A stretch of DNA of 64,000 nt from Candidatus Thorarchaeota archaeon (GTDB lineage: Archaea > Asgardarchaeota > Thorarchaeia > Thorarchaeales > Thorarchaeaceae). Shown here piece after piece: positions 56,864 through 64,000 of this stretch. The position numbers and the translations under genes are program-made. The notes beneath the pieces were generated by a model, which was not told where the DNA came from, searched no databases, and saw nothing but the letters and a program-made list of their open reading frames with translations. Each line of letters starts with the position of its first letter. The stretch's first letter is position 1. The stretch spans positions 128,001 through 192,000 of the forward strand of contig JAGSHN010000005.1 in assembly GCA_029855935.1 (NCBI GenBank). Direction: 5' to 3'.

Positions 56864-58171
56864 CTACTTGCCACGCGGTGTGATGTCAAGTACCACACCG
56901 ACAGCGACCGTCATGCCCATATCTCGAACAGCGAATCGACCAAGTTGAGGAATCTCCTTGTACTTCTCAATGACCATAGGCTTGAGGGGTACAAGCTTTG
57001 CAATCATCGACTCGCCTCTCTTGACGAAGTCAGGGTTCTCCTGAATCACCTGACCTGTGCGCTGGTCGATCTTCTTCAGTAGCTCCTCAAATCGGCACGC
57101 CACCTGAGCCGTGTGAGCATGGACGACTGGCGTATACCCCTTCGTGATTGCCGTCGGATGCTGGATGACCATAATCTGCCCGGTGAAGTCGGCAGCGACC
57201 GTGGGCGGAGTATCAGCATGACCTGCAACATCACCGCGTCCGAGGTCCTTTCGCTCAATGCCACGAACGTTGAATCCTATGTTGTCACCGGGGACAGCCT
57301 GATCCAGCTGCTCATGATGCATCTCAATAGACTTGACCTCGCCAGTCTTGTTCGGCGGCATGAATGTAACCTTGTCGCCAGGCCTGAGAATGCCCGTTTC
57401 AACACGACCGACAGGTACGGTGCCGACACCCTTGATCGAGTACACGTCGTTGATTGGGATTCGCAAGGGCTTATCGACGGGCTTCGGCGGAGGCTCGACC
57501 AAGTCAAGCGCCTCCAGCAGACAAGGCCCATCGTACCAGGGGGTCAGATCGGGTGTTCGTTCCTTCAAGTTGGCCGCGTCGAGAGCCGAGGTTGGAATGA
57601 AGGGAATCTTATCGGTCTTGTAGCCGATACTCTTAAGGAATGATTCAACCTCTTCCTTGACCTCTTTGTAGCGCTCCTCGCTGTACTTGACGCTCTCGTC
57701 ATCCATCTTGTTGATACAGACAATCATACTGGGAACGCCGAGCGTCATCGCGAGATACGCATGCTCCTTTGTCTGACCACCAGGACCAATTCCGGCCTCA
57801 AACTCGCCCTTCTTGGCAGACACGACCAGCAGGGCCACATCAGCCTGCGATGCGCCAGTGATCATGTTCTTGATGAAGTCCTTGTGACCGGGCGCATCGA
57901 TGATGGTGTAGTAGTACCTTTTCGTCATGAACTTGAAGAAGGCGATGTCAATCGTGAGGCCACGCTCCCGTTCCTCCTTGAGACGGTCCAGCGCAAAAGC
58001 CCATGCCCAGCTGGGCCGCCCAAGTTTCTCAGCTTCGGCCTTATACTGCTGGAACGTACGTTCGTCAACAGCGCCTGTTTCGTATAGGAGCCTGCCAGTC
58101 ATCGTGCTCTTGCCGTGGTCAACATGACCGATGACGACGAGATTCAGGTGCTCCTTCTCTTTCTTGGACAA
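56864..58171 (-). CDS. tuf: Elongation factor 1-alpha
   Basis: GHVDHGKST, ERERGLTID, DAPGH, NKMD, GRFAVRDM; TTG start inferred. Confidence 0.96.
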   Translation of the reverse strand: MSKKEKEHLNLVVIGHVDHGKSTMTGRLLYETGAVDERTFQQYKAEAEKLGRPSWAWAFALDRLKEERERGLTIDIAFFKFMTKRYYYTIIDAPGHKDFIKNMITGASQADVALLVVSAKKGEFEAGIGPGGQTKEHAYLAMTLGVPSMIVCINKMDDESVKYSEERYKEVKEEVESFLKSIGYKTDKIPFIPTSALDAANLKERTPDLTPWYDGPCLLEALDLVEPPPKPVDKPLRIPINDVYSIKGVGTVPVGRVETGILRPGDKVTFMPPNKTGEVKSIEMHHEQLDQAVPGDNIGFNVRGIERKDLGRGDVAGHADTPPTVAADFTGQIMVIQHPTAITKGYTPVVHAHTAQVACRFEELLKKIDQRTGQVIQENPDFVKRGESMIAKLVPLKPMVIEKYKEIPQLGRFAVRDMGMTVAVGVVLDITPRGK

Positions 58172-58380
58172 GGCATTAGTCTCCTTTCTCTTTTTTAGTC
58201 GGTTCACTGAACCGGGACTCTGGTCAACCCTTCGTGAGATGCTTTTAACGCTTTCGACAATACACATTGACCAAGTCGCGGAACTGGCGACCTGACCAAG
58301 AGAATGACTCTAGGACAAAGGAGAACTGGATGAATTGAGAAACAAGAGAACAGGGAATGCTACAAGGGTGGCATTGAGAG

Positions 58381-58496
58381 TGGCGCCGGGGGAGGGATTT
58401 GTCCCAAGTTGGCCACAGTCCAACTCGTTTGAACCCTCGCGTGCGGAGCACACCAACTTAGCAGGCTGGCTCCTTACCAGGCTAGGAAACCCCGGC
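58381..58496 (-). tRNA. tRNA-Ser(GCT) with a 30-nt non-canonical T-loop intron (58399-58428)
   Basis: GCCGGGG/CCCCGGC acceptor; CCAGC-CTGCTAA-GTTGG; long variable arm; T-arm interrupted; CCA encoded. Confidence 0.88.
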
Positions 58497-58569
58497 AGCG
58501 TGACAAAGGCCCTTGAATCCTCTCTTAAACATTGCCGTAGTATCGCGGGTCAAAACTAGGTCTATGAGG

Positions 58570-58884
58570 TGCAGCGGCCCCTTGGCCTCGAGCGTCCCTC
58601 GCCTTGGCGCGATCTCGCACCTTTCTCGGAGCGGCTACCTCCGAGGCTCCACCACTCCTCCTTAGGGCTGTTCCCGCCAGGGCCTGACCCGGTTCGGAGG
58701 TCTAAGCCAATCCCAGCAGTCCTACAACCGCCGTTATGGCCGTGGCAGACTTCGGAGACCGCCCGTCATGGTCTAGTGCGAGGGCGCACAAGGCTTGGGT
58801 TTCGCCCTCAGCCTCGGTTACTGGTCCCGGCTATTGCCATACCGGTCACAGGTCGCGGCAAACGACCCGACCCTACCCGCTGCA
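58570..58884 (-). ncRNA. ffs: SRP (7S) RNA
   Basis: Terminal helix TGCAGCGG/CCGCTGCA; Alu TGTGA with complementary TTGCC/GGCAA loops; helix 6 GTAG loop; helix 8 GAACCGGGTCAGGCCC..GGGAACAGCCC; about 315 nt. Confidence 0.9.
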
Positions 58885-58977
58885 ATAGGAGGTTCGTGGA
58901 CTTGTGCCTAAAAACGTTGTCAAACAGTAGGATTCTTACTCTATGAATCGTACCCGCAACGAGAGCCCAGATAGGAA

Positions 58978-59172
58978 GTGATTCTGACGGAACAGGGAGA
59001 TGGGTCTCTGAGGCGACTAGTACTGCTGATATTGTTGATTCTGCTGCTGACATCTCCAGGAACGCTCTTGGTCTTTCTCTCGCTGGGACCGATGGACCCA
59101 TTGCCCCTATTGATTATGTGGCCAGTCGGCATTGCGTTCGTTGCATGGTGGATACGAAAGACACGGAGGTAG
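58978..59172 (+). CDS. Possible small two-TM membrane protein
   Basis: Two hydrophobic stretches and a basic tail; fills the gap between SRP RNA and rps7. Confidence 0.4.
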   Translation: MILTEQGDGSLRRLVLLILLILLLTSPGTLLVFLSLGPMDPLPLLIMWPVGIAFVAWWIRKTRR

Positions 59173-59199
59173 TATGAGCGAAGAGGGCAATCCTCTACT

Positions 59200-59862
59200 C
59201 TACCGTGCCGACCGCGCGACACGCTCACGCTCATCTTTCCTGGCAATTGCAAAACTCGCGGAATCGCCCTTGTAAGCCAAGAGCAACTCGTCCACGATGC
59301 ACTCCTCATACGACTTGGCACTGTTATGGGCATTGCGGGTCGCTCCAACAGCAAGATACCGTAATGCGAGATCAATTCTTCGCTGAGGGGCAACATCTAC
59401 CGAGCGGGGATAGGCCATTCCACCATAGGATATTCGTGTTGTTTCTTCTGCGGGGGCGGCATTCTCCACAGCTGTGACTAGCACCTGAATGGGGTTGAGG
59501 CCCGTTCGGTGATCAATCATCTCGAAGACACGTCGTAGGATACCTATCGCACGGGCCTTCTTGCCAGAACCGCGACCAGTGCGCGTCTTCTTCTCTTTCC
59601 GCGAACCGGCATTCATTAGCTTGTTGACGAATCGTTCAACAATTGGTACTTTCGACTTGTGGAAACGGTGGTTGGCATGCCGACCAGCTGTGTGTGGTAT
59701 CAGTACGGGTTTGAGAGATATGTATCGCTGGAGGCCGATATCGCGCACTTGAACCTCAGAGGGGTTCCACTTGCCGAATAGCAGGAGATGAGGTGTTTCA
59801 TGTTTTGCATCGTCAGTCGTTTCAGATGACGCAGCAGGAGTCGTATGTTCTTTGTCGGACAT
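59200..59862 (-). CDS. rps7: 30S ribosomal protein S7
   Basis: LFGKW, PIVERFVNKLM, NPIQVL, VDVAPQRR, ERVARSAR. Confidence 0.95.
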   Translation of the reverse strand: MSDKEHTTPAASSETTDDAKHETPHLLLFGKWNPSEVQVRDIGLQRYISLKPVLIPHTAGRHANHRFHKSKVPIVERFVNKLMNAGSRKEKKTRTGRGSGKKARAIGILRRVFEMIDHRTGLNPIQVLVTAVENAAPAEETTRISYGGMAYPRSVDVAPQRRIDLALRYLAVGATRNAHNSAKSYEECIVDELLLAYKGDSASFAIARKDERERVARSAR

Positions 59863-59876
59863 GACGTGCATCACCC

Positions 59877-60320
59877 TTATCTAATCGGTTTCTCGGCCTT
59901 GCCATAGATCAGCGACTCTAGACTGACACCATTGACCTTGAAGACGCGCCATCGAACACCAGGCAGATCACCGATAGCACCACCCATAGCGCCACCAATC
60001 CCCTCGACTAACACGGTGTCATGCTCGTCGATGAACTTCAGGCCCCCATCACCGGGTACAAACGCCGTAATCTGCTTGCCGTTTTTTGAGAGCTGAACAC
60101 GGACGCACTTGCGGATTGCAGAGTTGGGCTGTTTGCTCTCGACGCCCACTTTCTCCAGCACAATTCCCCTCGCCTGAGGAGCGCCCTCTAGTGGATCGGT
60201 CTTCCGCTTCAGCTTGAGCATTCGTCTCTTGTAGCTCGACTTCTTCCAGCGAAACCTCTTTCGCTTGACTCGGAGGGGTCGCGCTGCAAACTCTCCTAGC
60301 GGACTCTTGGACCTGGTCAC
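59877..60320 (-). CDS. rps12: 30S ribosomal protein S12
   Basis: [22 protein letters not shown]. Confidence 0.96.
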   Translation of the reverse strand: MTRSKSPLGEFAARPLRVKRKRFRWKKSSYKRRMLKLKRKTDPLEGAPQARGIVLEKVGVESKQPNSAIRKCVRVQLSKNGKQITAFVPGDGGLKFIDEHDTVLVEGIGGAMGGAIGDLPGVRWRVFKVNGVSLESLIYGKAEKPIR

Positions 60321-60434
60321 ATAATCTACCTCTGTCGAGATTTGTGGCTTAACGTATGGATGGTTCAGTGCTTCGCCCTGTCATAGACTTAAAAGGATTA
60401 TGAACATGACCCATCCTTGATGATAGAGGAGGGC

Positions 60435-60869
60435 TCACACTATTACCACATTGTCGAGGCCGAAATGGCGTTTGGCAAGTATTCGGGCCCGCGCTACGTT
60501 CCGCCCATCACGGCCGATGGCTATTCCACGATCCTCTTCTTTGACCGTGACTTGGGCAATACGGGCTCCATTCCGACCACGGACTATCTTGACCTCTTCC
60601 ACACGAGCAGGCGAGAGGGCACCCTTGACGAACTCCTCGGGCGTGTCGGCCATTTCCACAACATCAATGACCCTTCCGAAGGCCTCTGATGCATTTCGGA
60701 CATTCGCACCACCACGACCTATTGCACGACCAAGCTGTTTCGGACGAACAACGAAAATCAGGCGGTTGGCCTCGTCGTCCCTGACAACATCCACCGCAGA
60801 GGCGCCAGTAATACGCTCAAATGTTGCTATGAGGGCCATGTCCTCCATAGAGAGTCGCACCCGAGGCAT
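60435..60869 (-). CDS. nusA: Archaeal NusA
   Basis: Two KH motifs AIGRGG and AIGRDG; synteny. Confidence 0.92.
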   Translation of the reverse strand: MPRVRLSMEDMALIATFERITGASAVDVVRDDEANRLIFVVRPKQLGRAIGRGGANVRNASEAFGRVIDVVEMADTPEEFVKGALSPARVEEVKIVRGRNGARIAQVTVKEEDRGIAIGRDGRNVARARILAKRHFGLDNVVIV

Positions 60870-60878
60870 ATGACCGCC

Positions 60879-61172
60879 TCACACCATCTCTAGAATCTTA
60901 GAGTCACCAGGATCGATTATTGCAATGGCTGACACCATAAAGGGTTTCCCGATGACTTCGCCAAGATCCCAAGAGGTGCCATTGAATTTGTAGACCCGGG
61001 TGTTGGTCATCTGTGCATACCGTTCGATGTCCTCGTAGTGCTCTCGGGGGCAATTAGAGGCGACAACTATTAGCTTGGCCGCTCCCTTTCTCAACGCATC
61101 AATTGATGACCTTGCGCCAATTCGGCACTGGCCCGTACTTACTGCACTTGCAATCGGCTGATTCATGCTCAA
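60879..61172 (-). CDS. rpl30e: 50S ribosomal protein L30e
   Basis: AKLIVVASNCP, LGEVIGKPF, IIDPGDS. Confidence 0.93.
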   Translation of the reverse strand: MSMNQPIASAVSTGQCRIGARSSIDALRKGAAKLIVVASNCPREHYEDIERYAQMTNTRVYKFNGTSWDLGEVIGKPFMVSAIAIIDPGDSKILEMV

Positions 61173-61298
61173 TTCTGATGACCTCACATCATAATTATCA
61201 TTCATTCCACTGGATGGCCAACCCGACCAAACCAGTTATGGTTTTAATGCTTGCGCCGCGACACATCTTGGGGAAACTGTTATCTATGAGTGTCATCA

Positions 61299-62498
<1,200 letters not shown>

Positions 62499-62504
62499 TC
62501 ACTC

Positions 62505-64000
62505 CTACTCAATCCTGCTCTTACCAAGAACTTTCTCGATGGCGATATCAATGTTGACGGCACGCCCGTGGTCAGATTTGCTCGGATCGACACCGTCATC
62601 CCCAAACTTGAACTGAACTATACGGCCGCTTGCAGTGCGAACCGTCTGATCCGTTTCCACCTTGAGGTCCTGAAGGGCCGTCATCAGTCGACGTTGCATG
62701 TAACCCGATGTGGATGTTCTCACAGCCGTGTCCACAAGACCCTCTCGCCCTCCAGCAGCGTGGAACCAGTACTCAATGGGATCGAGACCCCTCTTGTAGC
62801 TCGATGTGACGAATCCCCTAGCCCGGGCCCCCAGATCGCCCTTCTCAAAGTGGGGCAGGGTCCGGCCTTTGTAGCCGCGTTTGATTCTCTCTCCACGAAC
62901 AGCCTGCTGGCCAACGACTGCGGCCATCTGGGAGAGGTTGAGGCGTGAGCCTCGCGCACCAGTCTGGGCCATTATCACAGCAGAGTTCTCCAAGCCAAGA
63001 TGCTCGCCAGCAATCTCGCCTGCCGAGTCACGGGCCTCTGCAAGTGTGGCCATAATCCGCTGTTCCAGAGTTTCAAGCAGAGTCTGGCCAGGGTTGGCAT
63101 CGAGCTCACCACGCTTGTAAATCTCAATGAGCTGATTCACCTTCTCCTCGGCCTGCTCCAAGATGACCTTGATACGCTCTTCGGCCTCCCGTGGCAACGT
63201 GACATCATCGAGACCCATTGAAAAGCCGCGATCGGTGATTAGGCGGACGAGGAGTCGACCCACAGAGTCCATGAACTTCCGCGCGGCCGTTGGACCCTTC
63301 TCCTTGATGATTCGGTGGAACAGAGAGTCGGGTTCACCTGCACCGAATGCCTTCTCGTCAACAACGCCGAACTCCAAGTTGCCGTCGCGGACCACAACAT
63401 AGGCATCGTATTCACAGTCCTCCCGCTTGCAGACCGCGCACTTGCGACATATGTTGGCCTTGAATGAGATGTTGATTCCCTCAGGTACAAACATGCTAAA
63501 GATCTGCTTGCCGGTCCACAAGCGCACCGGGGCCTTGATTGCAGGCTCCGGCAACTTTCCCTCGAACCCTGTGACGGCCATGAGCTGGTTCACGCGGTCT
63601 AGAGTGAACAGGCTCGATTTTCGGGTCAATAGAAAAGCGGCAGAGATATAGTCCTGAAGAGCGCCGATGATTGGTCCGCCGTACCTCGGGGACAGTATCT
63701 GCTCCTGAACACGCATCAGCACACGGGCCTCGGCACGAGCCTCTTCAGATTGAGGGACATGGAGGTTCATCTCATCGCCATCGAAGTCTGCGTTATATGG
63801 TGGACAGACGTATAGGGATAATCTAAAGGTGCGGTATGGCATTACCCGGACCTCGTGCGCCATTATCGACATGCGGTGCAACGACGGCTGTCTGTTGAAG
63901 AGAACTATATCGCCATCTGCAAGGTGCCGCTCGACTATGAACCCTGGCTCGATGGTATTGGCGATGATTGTCCGGTCCTTGACAAAGCGCAGGTCGACTC
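62505..64000 (-). CDS. rpoA1: RNA polymerase subunit Rpo1N (A'), 5' part outside window
   Basis: LFNRQPSLH, YNADFDGDEMN, GREGLVDTAV. Confidence 0.96.
   Translation of the reverse strand, partial: VDLRFVKDRTIIANTIEPGFIVERHLADGDIVLFNRQPSLHRMSIMAHEVRVMPYRTFRLSLYVCPPYNADFDGDEMNLHVPQSEEARAEARVLMRVQEQILSPRYGGPIIGALQDYISAAFLLTRKSSLFTLDRVNQLMAVTGFEGKLPEPAIKAPVRLWTGKQIFSMFVPEGINISFKANICRKCAVCKREDCEYDAYVVVRDGNLEFGVVDEKAFGAGEPDSLFHRIIKEKGPTAARKFMDSVGRLLVRLITDRGFSMGLDDVTLPREAEERIKVILEQAEEKVNQLIEIYKRGELDANPGQTLLETLEQRIMATLAEARDSAGEIAGEHLGLENSAVIMAQTGARGSRLNLSQMAAVVGQQAVRGERIKRGYKGRTLPHFEKGDLGARARGFVTSSYKRGLDPIEYWFHAAGGREGLVDTAVRTSTSGYMQRRLMTALQDLKVETDQTVRTASGRIVQFKFGDDGVDPSKSDHGRAVNIDIAIEKVLGKSRIE

Noticed and set aside
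58570-58884. RNase P RNA or protein ORFs (58569-58946, 58808-59101)
   Set aside because: No GAGGAAAGUCC P4 motif; the fold fits SRP RNA, so the ORFs are shadows

Overview
Archaeal chromosomal window of mostly core housekeeping genes. Inferred to be an Asgard archaeon (Thorarchaeia-like) from its eukaryote-like STT3/AglB, OSTC/DC2-like and PAC4-like proteins, small Ras/Arf-like GTPase, Elf1, PolD and split Rpo1N/Rpo1C. It encodes translation and transcription clusters, replication/repair genes (TopA, XPD, RadB-like, PolD DP2, RPA, Lhr, SWS1-like SWIM protein), a folate/C1 block (glyA, gcvH/T, folP, mptE), lipid genes (mvk-ubiD-acnX archaeal mevalonate operon, egsA, carS) and a Prx/Fur pair. 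RNA genes are three tRNAs (two with introns, one at a non-canonical T-loop position) and an SRP RNA with an atypical helix 8. There is one IS903-group IS5 element with 18-bp TIRs, a 9-bp TSD and a frameshifted transposase. The most striking signal is a candidate multi-subunit, eukaryote-type oligosaccharyltransferase: STT3-like AglB, a DC2/OSTC-like protein, a 38-aa OST4-like micro-ORF missing from the ORF track, and a GIFT-domain (WBP1/OST48-like) protein. All homology calls are by eye from motifs and remembered family sequences; no searches were run.
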